A DNA stretch of 10,952 bases from NCBI GenBank assembly GCA_905330805.1, contig CAJNWK010000397.1, positions 60,644 to 71,595 on the forward strand. The letters are read 5' to 3'. Within the stretch, counting starts at the first letter, position 1, and the number at the start of each line of letters is the position of its first letter. Below, one piece after another: positions 1 through 10,952 of this stretch. The translations under genes and the position numbers were made by a program. This DNA is from Rotaria sp. (Eukaryota). The notes under the pieces were generated by a model, which saw nothing but the letters and a program-made list of their open reading frames with translations, was not told the DNA's origin and made no database searches.

Positions 1-206
1 TGGCAAATATATTTGGTAAAAATAAAAAATTTCTCTTATCGAAATCTCATTTGATAATCTTAACGTTTTGAATATGTTCTCGAATGAGATTTTTATATTT
101 AGCCTTATGTATAATTTTCATAAAAAGCTTCGCTCTGAAAATAACTATTCATATCTTCATCATCAATGAAAAAATCTTTGATATGCATACCATCCTATCA
201 ACTAAC

Positions 207-270
207 CTGTCTGTTGACAAATATTCTGCAAGTCTTCTTGTTGAAGCATAATACTTGCATTGGAACCCAT
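207..270 (-). CDS. Possible first coding exon of an N-myristoylated EF-hand protein (calcineurin-B-homologous / NCS-like N-terminus); the rest of the gene is unresolved and probably lies beyond the window start
   Basis: Minus-strand ATG at 270-268 opens MGSNASIMLQQEDLQNICQQT (21 codons + 1 nt). It ends at a strong donor ACAG|GTTAGT (GT at 206-205). MGxxxS is the N-myristoylation consensus. The peptide resembles, from memory, the human CHP1 N-terminus MGSRASTLLRDEELEEIKKETG, and the split codon starts with G, consistent with Gly. Caveats: only 21 aa; in-frame upstream ATGs at 327 and 321 (in-frame stop at 342-340); no convincing second exon in the window. Confidence 0.3.
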
Positions 271-612
271 CGTGATAAAGAATATTAATCTAAAATGTAT
301 AGAAATAACTAAAGCAAACATACTCATATTGAAGTGGAATCAAGCCAAAGGCTTATGACCTCTTACATCAATGCAACATGCATAGCGCATGACTATCAAT
401 TAAATATCCAACGTAGTATTAAAATCGATTTGTTCATGTAGTTATTATTTTTTTTTTTTTATGTTAAATGTTGTTATTAAGCGAAGTAATACAAAAGAAT
501 CATCAAGGATTTTGTTCGTTAACAAGAAAAAAGAACTTAACAATCAATAACAACAAGTTCGAAATAAAAAAAAAGAGTTACGCTTTGCGATGAAAAAAAA
601 AGCAAAAAACAT

Positions 613-5451
<4,839 letters not shown>

Positions 5452-5856
5452 TTTTTGAACGATTAATCTAAATCATATAAAAAAATCGATAACGTTAAAT
5501 AATTGTAAAAAGCATAAAGAGAGATTTAAGCGATAAATCTATCATCACAGTTACATCGATTATTTGTTTATATCCAATCCTGTTGAATAATTCTATACGC
5601 TGTTGTACTAACGATTGGTAGAATATTTAATTACGCATTTAATATATGTTAATTCATAAAAAAGATTGAAAAATTATTAAATAAATTAATCATTATGAAC
5701 TCTAAATTCAAAAGTTCAATTAATATTTCAAAAGTAACACATTACAGAGGTCAGTGCTTAGTAACAAGTAGTTTATAAGTTCAATGATAGATGGCAGTGA
5801 TCATTCATCATTATATTTTTGGAGACGATTAAATATTTGATAAAAACTTACAGGCA
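5452..5856. promoter_or_regulatory. Putative bidirectional promoter / 5' UTR region between the divergent CCT5 and FAM221-like genes
   Basis: 405 bp separate the CCT5 ATG (5451, minus) from the proposed FAM221-like ATG (5857, plus). No ORF lies in between. The region contains ATCGAT-core motifs (aaATCGATAa about 5484-5492, acATCGATta about 5552-5560) that resemble the insect DRE TATCGATA, though function is unproven. Transcription start sites cannot be read from sequence. Confidence 0.45.
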
Positions 5857-5878
5857 ATGAACAAACGTTCGACACCAG
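5857..5878 (+). CDS. FAM221: FAM221-like proposed exon 1 (ATG 5857-5859)
   Basis: Encodes MNKRSTP + 1 nt. Donor G|GTTAAA (GT at 5879-5880). The phase fits exon 2. Very short and unconserved. The true start could instead be an internal ATG (for example MMVPDG in exon 3, or MARAMN at 6385), with these exons serving as 5' UTR. Confidence 0.35.
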
Positions 5879-8213
5879 GTTAAAGTAGGAATAGTTTTTC
5901 GCTTTTGTATATTCCATCATATGTCATATTCACGCTAGATATTTCATTTTATTCTTGTCATTATCGAACTTTTTATTTGACGTTGATAGGATCTCAACAG
6001 CAGCGACCATCTGCTTCATATCGATCATCGTCTGTCGATGTTCCACGTAAGCCTCTTGAAGTTGTTTCTTGTTTGCTAAAAAAAAGCCATTTTGTAAATA
6101 TGTAATAGGTTCAGCTAATCGGTCATTGGTACCAACAAATTCTCGAAATAATGCATTAGAACGTGTTGCACAAAATCCAATTCGTTTTCATGAAGAAAAT
6201 GGAATGATGGTTCCTGATGGTCGGATATTTTTTATTGAATATATTATCTTATTATTCTTATACATATAGGTTACACATCAAGACAAATTCGTCCAGCTGC
6301 ACGAGCTGATGTTGTAAGTAGATTACTGTTTCAAAAAAAAAAAAAAAAATTTTTTTTTTCTTTGTTTTATTATCAAAGGTAACAATGGCTCGAGCAATGA
6401 ATCGTGACTTTGCTCCAAAAGCAAAAGCAATGTTTCAAAGTGAAATTGATGCAGCACGTGATGCTGTTGAACAAGATCTTTATATAAGTTATCGACAACC
6501 AGGAAAAGATTTTGATTGCTATCGAATAGGATCTACTGGAAAATGTTTTTGTGCTCATACACTTAGTGAACATGTTAAATTTAATGGTATTGATTTTTGA
6601 ATATTGTTTTTCTTATCGATTTATTTTCTTTTTCTTTTTAATACATAACAAAAGGAAAAAACAATCGTTTGAAATGTCGATCAGCTAATTGTGCATGTGA
6701 AGCATTTGCTTATATTCCATCACGACCTGATGAAGTTGGAGAATTTTGGTTAACAAAACGACCAGGTTTTGATGCATCAACATGGCGTGCTAAATGCAAA
6801 TGTGGTCATGCACATGATCGACATGAACCGAAATTTAAACGATGTAAAGGTTTGTTGTTATTTTTGATTTAGAAATATTTTTTAAGAGTATTATTATTTT
6901 TGTTTTTTTTTATTCAGAATGTAGTTGTAGTAATTTTGTTTCAAATTTTTTATGTGCTGCTTGTAATACACATTGGGAACAACATGAAACATTTTTTGAA
7001 CGTGGTAGTGAACGTGAACAACAAAAATTACCAACTGGAGAATTTTATATGCCATTTGCTGAATTACCTGATATGCAACAAGTCATTTTGACAGGATCAG
7101 ATGCACATATGCCAAGTCCATATTTAGATGCAGCACCAAGACGATCTGTTCAACAAGGTGGAGATACACGTGGACGAGCAGCTGCATTACGTAAGTTTCT
7201 ATTTTTAAATAAGAATTTAGAAAATTAATCCATGAAATCATATTAATACTTTATGGAACTTACGTTCTATTGTTTTCGAAAAAATACATATATAATGAAT
7301 GTAAGTTTTAAGCCGAGCTTTTGTGTGACCTACCTTCTGTCCAAAGCAACGAGGAAGGAAGGGAAGTCAACAACAAGCGGGTACGTTTCTATAGCAACCA
7401 AGGTCAACAAGCGTTAGATTCCTTTTCTGAAGTTTCTAAGCAACGAAAAAGAGTGCTGAACAGCATTAACATTAACATATAGATTGTTTTAAAATCTTTC
7501 TTGAAATAGTACAGCTTTTGAGTTTTGCATAGATAAAAATTTATATTAAATATGTCAATGATAATGGATAGCGATGTATTGATCTGCCAATGTTGTCATA
7601 TGATTAACATAAAACCTTAAACTGATCAACATCAGTGTGTTTCTGAGTCTGTCAAGATAAATAATAATATGTTGAGACCTTCTATAGATATAATAGATGT
7701 GTATAACAGACTTATTTACCATGCAATAAGGCAAACAAAAAATAGAGCATCAGTATAAGAAAAACTTCTATTTGAAATACAGAAATAAATAAGACAGATA
7801 CATTCTCTAGTGATCAATTATCCTTGGAAAACAACTATAATCTGCTGATGATTTTTTATGTTACATTTTTTGTATTAATATACTGATGCTCGAGTTCTTG
7901 ACACAGATGAGTTATAAAATAATTCACAATTTCAATATGTTATAGAAGAGACTTATTAAAAAGACGAATCTAACAGAGTTTACAAGTGTCTGATACTATT
8001 AACAAGAGTGTGGATGTATTCTTACTCACACTCACATATTAACGCCAAAGGAACTGCATTGATAGATTTTTTTTAGAAACACAAAATCGTGCAGCAATTG
8101 GTTATGAACAATATGCGAATCCATCAACGCGTAATGACCGTGCCACGAATGCGAGTAATAGAAGTCCTGTACGAGGTCCATTACGTGGTAGTCATCGAGC
8201 AACTGAAGAATGA
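5857..8213 (+). CDS. FAM221: FAM221-family Cys/His-rich protein, gene span, proposed 8 coding exons (348 codons + TGA)
   Basis: Proposed exons: 5857-5878, 5990-6046, 6109-6219, 6270-6313, 6379-6586, 6655-6849, 6918-7190, 8077-8213. They sum to 1047 nt, all phases are consistent and all borders are GT-AG. The core (exons 5-7) reads ...LYISYRQPGKDFDCYRIGSTGKCFCAHTLSEH...CRSANCACEAFAYIP...WRAKCKCGHAHDRHEP...CKECSCSNFVSNFLCAACNTHWEQHETFFER. From memory it matches human FAM221A: LFVSWRSPTGMDCKLVGPETLCFCTHRYKQH...CQCRAYLYVP...RCRCKHFADQHS...CSKCSGFHSCFTCACG...HDTVVETKQER. The N-terminal exons and the last exon rest only on splice-site and frame logic. Confidence 0.8.
5990..6046 (+). CDS. FAM221: FAM221-like proposed exon 2
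   Basis: Acceptor ttgacgttgatag| (AG at 5988-5989). Encodes (G)SQQQRPSASYRSSSVDVP + 1 nt. Donor C|GTAAGC (GT at 6047-6048). This is the open part of the listed non-ATG ORF 5905-6105. Confidence 0.45.
6109..6219 (+). CDS. FAM221: FAM221-like proposed exon 3
   Basis: Acceptor atgtaatag| (AG at 6107-6108; 62-nt intron). Encodes (R)SANRSLVPTNSRNNALERVAQNPIRFHEENGMMVPD + 1 nt. The donor G|GTCGGA (GT at 6220-6221) is atypical at position +3. The frame is that of the listed ORF 6069-6269, which runs into a stop if left unspliced. Confidence 0.5.
6270..6313 (+). CDS. FAM221: FAM221-like proposed exon 4
   Basis: Acceptor tacatatag| (AG at 6268-6269; 50-nt intron). Encodes (G)YTSRQIRPAARADV. The donor GTT|GTAAGT (GT at 6314-6315) is a perfect consensus. 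Phase 0 joins exactly to exon 5. Confidence 0.55.
6333..6359. repeat. A17-T10 homopolymer junction inside FAM221-like intron 4
   Basis: Direct reading: 17 A (6333-6349) immediately followed by 10 T (6350-6359). On the plus strand the T run serves as the polypyrimidine tract before the acceptor at 6378. Confidence 0.9.
6379..6586 (+). CDS. FAM221: FAM221-like exon 5
   Basis: Acceptor ttattatcaaag| (AG at 6377-6378; 65-nt intron). Encodes VTMARAMNRDFAPKAKAMFQSEIDAARDAVEQDLYISYRQPGKDFDCYRIGSTGKCFCAHTLSEHVKFN + 1 nt. Donor G|GTATTG (GT at 6587-6588). The motif C-x8-C-x-C-x-H-x4-H has the same spacing as in human FAM221A. Confidence 0.85.
6655..6849 (+). CDS. FAM221: FAM221-like exon 6
   Basis: Acceptor ataacaaaag| (AG at 6653-6654; 68-nt intron). 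Encodes (G)KNNRLKCRSANCACEAFAYIPSRPDEVGEFWLTKRPGFDASTWRAKCKCGHAHDRHEPKFKRCK + 1 nt. Donor G|GTTTGT (GT at 6850-6851). Confidence 0.85.
6918..7190 (+). CDS. FAM221: FAM221-like exon 7
   Basis: Acceptor tttttttattcag| (AG at 6916-6917; 68-nt intron). Encodes (E)CSCSNFVSNFLCAACNTHWEQHETFFERGSEREQQKLPTGEFYMPFAELPDMQQVILTGSDAHMPSPYLDAAPRRSVQQGGDTRGRAAAL + 1 nt. Donor C|GTAAGT (GT at 7191-7192). The listed ORF 6900-7091 is in a different frame. Confidence 0.85.
8077..8213 (+). CDS. FAM221: FAM221-like proposed terminal exon 8 (TGA 8211-8213)
   Basis: Acceptor gattttttttag| (AG at 8075-8076) after an 886-nt intron. Encodes (Q)TQNRAAIGYEQYANPSTRNDRATNASNRSPVRGPLRGSHRATEE*. Entering in phase 1 from exon 7 gives this frame. 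Its codon third positions are about 39/45 A or T, like the rest of the gene; the other open frame is G/C-ending. There is no homology support because the tail is disordered. Confidence 0.55.
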
Positions 8214-8417
8214 ACATAAAACAGACTTTTTTTTTTTGATAATGTGACCGGTGCCGCTTGTTGTTTTATTTTTTTTTTTCTTAATATGTATATTTCACTT
8301 CGTAATAGTTATCCTAGCTTATTCACTCAGTGCAGAATTTTGGGAGCTACAAACACATTCAAAAACTGTAGTTTTTTTTTTAACAATATACACTAAATCA
8401 TTTCCTATTTGACAGAG

Positions 8418-8423
8418 AATAAA
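8418..8423 (+). terminator. Candidate polyadenylation signal (AATAAA) for the FAM221-like gene
   Basis: AATAAA lies about 205 nt downstream of the TGA at 8213. A second AATAAA is at 8630-8635. Usage is unknown. Confidence 0.25.
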
Positions 8424-8522
8424 GAAACAATACAAAACAACAACATTAATCTCGTTCTTTAAACATTATACAACAGTAAAATGATAGATTATAAGTATTT
8501 CATATGATGAGTTGGATCGTCA

Positions 8523-8528
8523 TTTATT
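8523..8528 (-). terminator. Candidate polyadenylation signal (AATAAA on minus strand) for the methyltransferase gene
   Basis: Plus-strand tttatt at 8523-8528 is AATAAA on the minus strand, about 230 nt downstream of the stop at 8758. It is the nearest canonical hexamer. Usage is unknown. Confidence 0.25.
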
Positions 8529-8757
8529 TGAGCTAAATCGATGTTCTTCCAAAGCTTTACTTTATATTATACTTGGTTGTTTTGTTGTATAATGTTTCGC
8601 TTGCTTGAATCAATTTGCAATTATTTGATAATAAAGATTGACCTTTCACTATTAATACAATATTAAGAAAAAATACCATTTTCTATTCATTGATCTATTA
8701 CAAAGAAAAAAGCAAACATTAATTTCTCTTTTTTTTTTTAAATAATCAAAACAAAAA

Positions 8758-9618
8758 TTAGGTTTCTAGATTACTTTTTATGACCCACGCTTCCCATAGC
8801 ATTGTGTAATGATATTTAATTTGATGAGTTCTTTCTAATGCTTGTTCAATTTGACAATAAATACATGATGATCCAGTTAAAAAGTTCATATGTGATCCAA
8901 ATTGTATAATTCGAAAATATTGTGTCATATTATTAAGAATAAGAGCAGGTAAAATTTCAAATTCACAACCTTCACAATTTATACTAATCATATCAATTAT
9001 TCCATGTTGTGTTCTTGTTTTTCGAATATTTTCAATAACTTGAACAACATCACGTAACTGAATTTGTTCAATTTTTGATGAATTTTTTTTGGATAATTTT
9101 CGAAAAATACTTGTACCAGCATTATCAGTATCGAATGGTTCAATTGATAGATTTCTTGCTCGATTACCAAGTCCATAGGATTGAATTTCTATTTTTGGAT
9201 TTTTTTGAAATTTTTCTCTTAATGCTTTTGACATTTGTAATAATGGTTCGAAACTAATTATTGAAGGATTGTACAATGCAATAAATTGAGATGTATCAAG
9301 TCCAGTATTTCCGCCTACTTCAATAATAAGTGAAGAAGAATTTAATAAATTTTTAAAAGCTGTATGACGTATTCCTTGGACAGACCAGAAACTATCATCT
9401 CGACTTTGTTTTAAACATTTTTCATATTTTGAAATATTGATGTGAGGAAAGTTCTTCCAAGTATCACACGAAAATGTTTCATTAATAGATGGTACGGTAG
9501 AACTAGAAAAAGAAGTAGTTAACGTAGATAAATTGGTATTTGATTTTAAGAAGTATAACATTGGAAAACAAGTTATGACAGTTGCCAAAGCAGCAATAAA
9601 TTTAAAACGTGTACTCAT
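8758..9618 (-). CDS. Intronless gene for a type II signal-anchored FkbM-family (Methyltransf_21-like) SAM-dependent methyltransferase, 286 aa
   Basis: This is the only long uninterrupted ORF in the window (861 nt including the stop). The N-terminus MSTRFKFIAALATVITCFPMLYFL is a basic stretch followed by a hydrophobic span, i.e. a signal anchor. Motifs match the FkbM family as I recall it: IIEVGGNTGLDTSQF (SAM motif I, compare DVGANiGxxt), ISFEPLLQMSKALREKF (compare aFEPnP), YGLGNRARNLSI (compare AlgdkdG), GTSIF, and IDMISINCEGCEFEIL (compare iDllKiDvEGaElevL). Seven N-x-S/T sequons (NLS, NET, NIS, NSS, NLS, NSS, NMT) fit a lumenal domain. A/T-ending codon usage matches the neighbouring genes. 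Confidence 0.85.
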   Translation of the reverse strand: MSTRFKFIAALATVITCFPMLYFLKSNTNLSTLTTSFSSSTVPSINETFSCDTWKNFPHINISKYEKCLKQSRDDSFWSVQGIRHTAFKNLLNSSSLIIEVGGNTGLDTSQFIALYNPSIISFEPLLQMSKALREKFQKNPKIEIQSYGLGNRARNLSIEPFDTDNAGTSIFRKLSKKNSSKIEQIQLRDVVQVIENIRKTRTQHGIIDMISINCEGCEFEILPALILNNMTQYFRIIQFGSHMNFLTGSSCIYCQIEQALERTHQIKYHYTMLWEAWVIKSNLET

Positions 9619-9762
9619 TTTAAATAATGATAGTTGCCAATTAATTTAATCAATTTATAAATAGGAAGAATAATTAATTTTAATGTAAATTTATTTCTTC
9701 AATGAAATTCTATTGTCTAAAAAAGAGAATTACATTAAATGATTATTGTACAACTGAATTGC

Positions 9763-9860
9763 CAGAATTGATTCATCACTTTGAGATCATATTTTATATA
9801 TGTTGAGAGATTTTCTAGAATAGAATAAACTGGAAAGGATTTCAATCTATGGAGTTCTCA
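9763..9860. repeat. Left terminal inverted repeat of a second IR element
   Basis: 9814-9830 (tctagaatagaataaac) is the exact 17-nt reverse complement of 10485-10501. The flanks are also collinear with mismatches: cagaattgattcatcac...gagagattt vs rc of 10502-10552, and ggatttcaatctatggagttctc vs rc of 10460-10484. Roughly 75% identity by eye over about 95 nt. Confidence 0.75.
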
Positions 9861-10459
9861 ATATCGATCTTTTTTCAGATATGCAATGTTTCAAATCTGT
9901 GAAAGGCGACAATAAGTTTCGTAGTAGTTTTTGACCTCAGAACTGGATACACATAGGTTTGTAGATAAAGACTTTCTGTCTAATGGTATACGTAATATGA
10001 AGTTCCATCGTGTACTGTTGAGATATCAATAGAGGGCACTACCACCGATGCATTCTATTATGATGAATACTTCGAGAAGGAAGCAATCATTTTGACTGAA
10101 ACTTTAAGATTATTCTCGGAGCTATGATTTAGAACACATCGGGTATAATGTGAATTCAGGTCTGAAACCTTTCCGCCTAGCCTTACTCTCAAAGGAAGAG
10201 CAAATTTTAACTAGATTCTTAAGACATCACAGTTAAGATGTTAGCTACCCAATACAAATAATTGAAAAAAACGTATCTTATACCTGCGGAGCAATTACAA
10301 AATGTAGATCTAAAAATTTTATATAGAATAAGGATCGAATCTGGATCTAAAACTTTTGAATCTTACCGACTCTAATGCAAGAGATCTATTTATCATCTAC
10401 ATGGTTATATTCTGCTCTATAGTAAGAGTGTAGGAAAACTGTCGTAAATCTGTATGGAA

Positions 10460-10552
10460 AACTTATAGATCGGAATCCTGTTCGGTTTATTCTATTCTAG
10501 AGAATCCCTCTATACAACTAAAACATGAACTCAATGTAATGAATTATTCCAA
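10460..10552. repeat. Right terminal inverted repeat of the second IR element
   Basis: Reverse complement of 9763-9860 (see the left arm). About 600 bp of non-coding sequence lies between the arms. Confidence 0.75.
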
Positions 10553-10952
10553 GGAGTTCCTCATTAAAAGAAAGCTGTTAGTCAAATTTGTAACTTTTCT
10601 AATTCTAATTGCGCTATCTTGACATACAAAACACTTATTTAGAGAAGGAGAATGAAAGCGAAAAAAACAGTCTTAGTAAATAAAGACAATAGAATATTCA
10701 ATTATAAAAACAAAAAGATAGACAGCGATAACATAGTAACACATGAAACAATGCGTGAGTTATTCGTAACATGCGACGTAAATCTTACATGTTTTTGAGC
10801 AGTGATCACATTTCGAAAAGAAACTAGGGAAGAAAGAGAGAAAAAGAAATGCATGTTCGGCCTAAATCAAAGAAGTTTGGTATTGATTTCAGCACACAGA
10901 AAAAATTAAATAGTCAGAACAGTGTCAAATAACTTCGATAGAAGATTTCGAA

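Larger units (their letters stand above)
9763..10552. mobile_element. Candidate non-autonomous DNA transposon / MITE-like element (about 790 bp, about 95-bp TIRs, no ORF)
   Basis: TIR-bounded structure with no ORF of 60 aa or more inside. It sits 145 bp upstream of the methyltransferase ATG. I could not define TSDs, and it shows no sequence similarity to the intron-3 foldback. Confidence 0.4.

Noticed and set aside
105-175. Open frame DFFIDDEDMNSYFQSEAFYENYT* as a second exon of the MGSNAS gene
   Set aside because: It would need a 31-nt intron (176-206), well below the 47-nt minimum seen here. The peptide has no EF-hand or CHP similarity.
448-460. T13 homopolymer, and other A/T runs (for example 6333-6359, 8221-8233, 8269-8279)
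   Set aside because: This is ordinary low-complexity sequence for an AT-rich eukaryotic genome. Only the A17T10 junction is listed as a feature.
5905-6269. Listed ORFs 5905-6105 and 6069-6269 as stand-alone genes
   Set aside because: 5905-6105 begins at TTG rather than ATG, and the upstream part of each ORF is F/I/L-rich or low-complexity sequence that looks non-coding. Only their internal segments, bounded by good splice sites (5990-6046 and 6109-6219), are used, as tentative FAM221-like exons.
6373-6573. Listed minus-strand ORF 6373-6573
   Set aside because: It is the antisense shadow of the well-supported FAM221-like exon 5. The peptide has no motif, and its codon third positions do not follow the local A/T bias.
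6900-7091. Listed ORF 6900-7091 (MFFFIQNVVVV...)
   Set aside because: It starts inside the polypyrimidine tract of intron 6 and runs out of frame with exon 7. The conserved CSCSNF...CAACNTHWEQH sequence is in another frame.
7313-7380. Candidate cassette exon in FAM221-like intron 7 (acceptor ttttaag| at 7311-7312, donor CGG|GTACGT at 7381, peptide PELLCDLPSVQSNEEGREVNNKR), within a GC-richer patch with AGCAACGA / CAACAAGCG-like repeats
   Set aside because: Its 68-nt length would shift exon 8 into the frame with discordant codon bias and a hydrophobic tail. It has no homology support. It could be a rare or poison exon or a repeat remnant; only RNA-seq could tell.
7840-7900. Box C/D snoRNA-like motifs in FAM221-like intron 7 (ctgaTGATGAt-like gctgatgat at about 7843, ctga at about 7883) and a 13-bp inverted pair gagcatcagtata / tatactgatgctc (7746-7758 / 7881-7893)
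   Set aside because: The C and D boxes are only about 37 nt apart and there is no terminal stem. A single 13-bp inverted match without collinear flanks is weak. On the host-gene (minus) strand, CCT5 introns contain no TGATGA (no tcatca on the plus strand).
8032-8217. Listed minus-strand ORF 8032-8217, and the alternative plus frame KHKIVQQLVMNNMRIHQRV...
   Set aside because: The region is open in three frames because it is locally GC-richer. Only the frame entered in phase 1 from exon 7 (QTQNRAAIGYEQ...) has the A/T-ending codon bias of the gene and ends at a clean TGA.
9075-9257. Listed plus-strand ORF 9075-9257
   Set aside because: It is antisense to the 286-aa methyltransferase ORF, starts with a non-ATG codon and encodes a low-complexity peptide.

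Overview
This window is eukaryotic nuclear DNA, not prokaryotic. It is AT-rich (roughly 30% GC by eye) and has canonical GT-AG spliceosomal introns, 13 of 16 only 47-111 nt long. I can support four protein-coding loci. (1) A complete 10-exon minus-strand gene (613-5451) encodes the epsilon subunit of the cytosolic chaperonin CCT/TRiC (CCT5, 541 codons). (2) A plus-strand gene of about 8 exons (5857-8213) lies head-to-head with it across a 405-bp shared promoter region. It encodes a Cys/His-rich protein of the uncharacterised FAM221 family; exons 5-7 are secure, and exons 1-4 and 8 are less so. (3) An intronless minus-strand ORF (8758-9618) lies tail-to-tail with the FAM221-like gene. It encodes a signal-anchored, sequon-rich FkbM-type (Methyltransf_21-like) SAM methyltransferase. 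(4) A possible first coding exon of an N-myristoylated EF-hand protein sits at the left edge (207-270, minus). The most unusual structure is intron 3 of CCT5. The whole 1.3-kb intron is one diverged foldback: arms of about 480 and 565 bp, reverse-complementary to within about 10 nt of both splice sites. A second, unrelated inverted-repeat element lies at about 9763-10552, upstream of the methyltransferase. I found no rRNA, tRNA, CRISPR array, operon or prokaryote-style defence or mobile system, and nothing I would call a new multi-gene system. The honest highlights are the intron-filling foldback, the intronless secretory methyltransferase and the uncharacterised FAM221-like zinc-finger-like protein. 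All protein similarities are from memory of the families, not from a database search.
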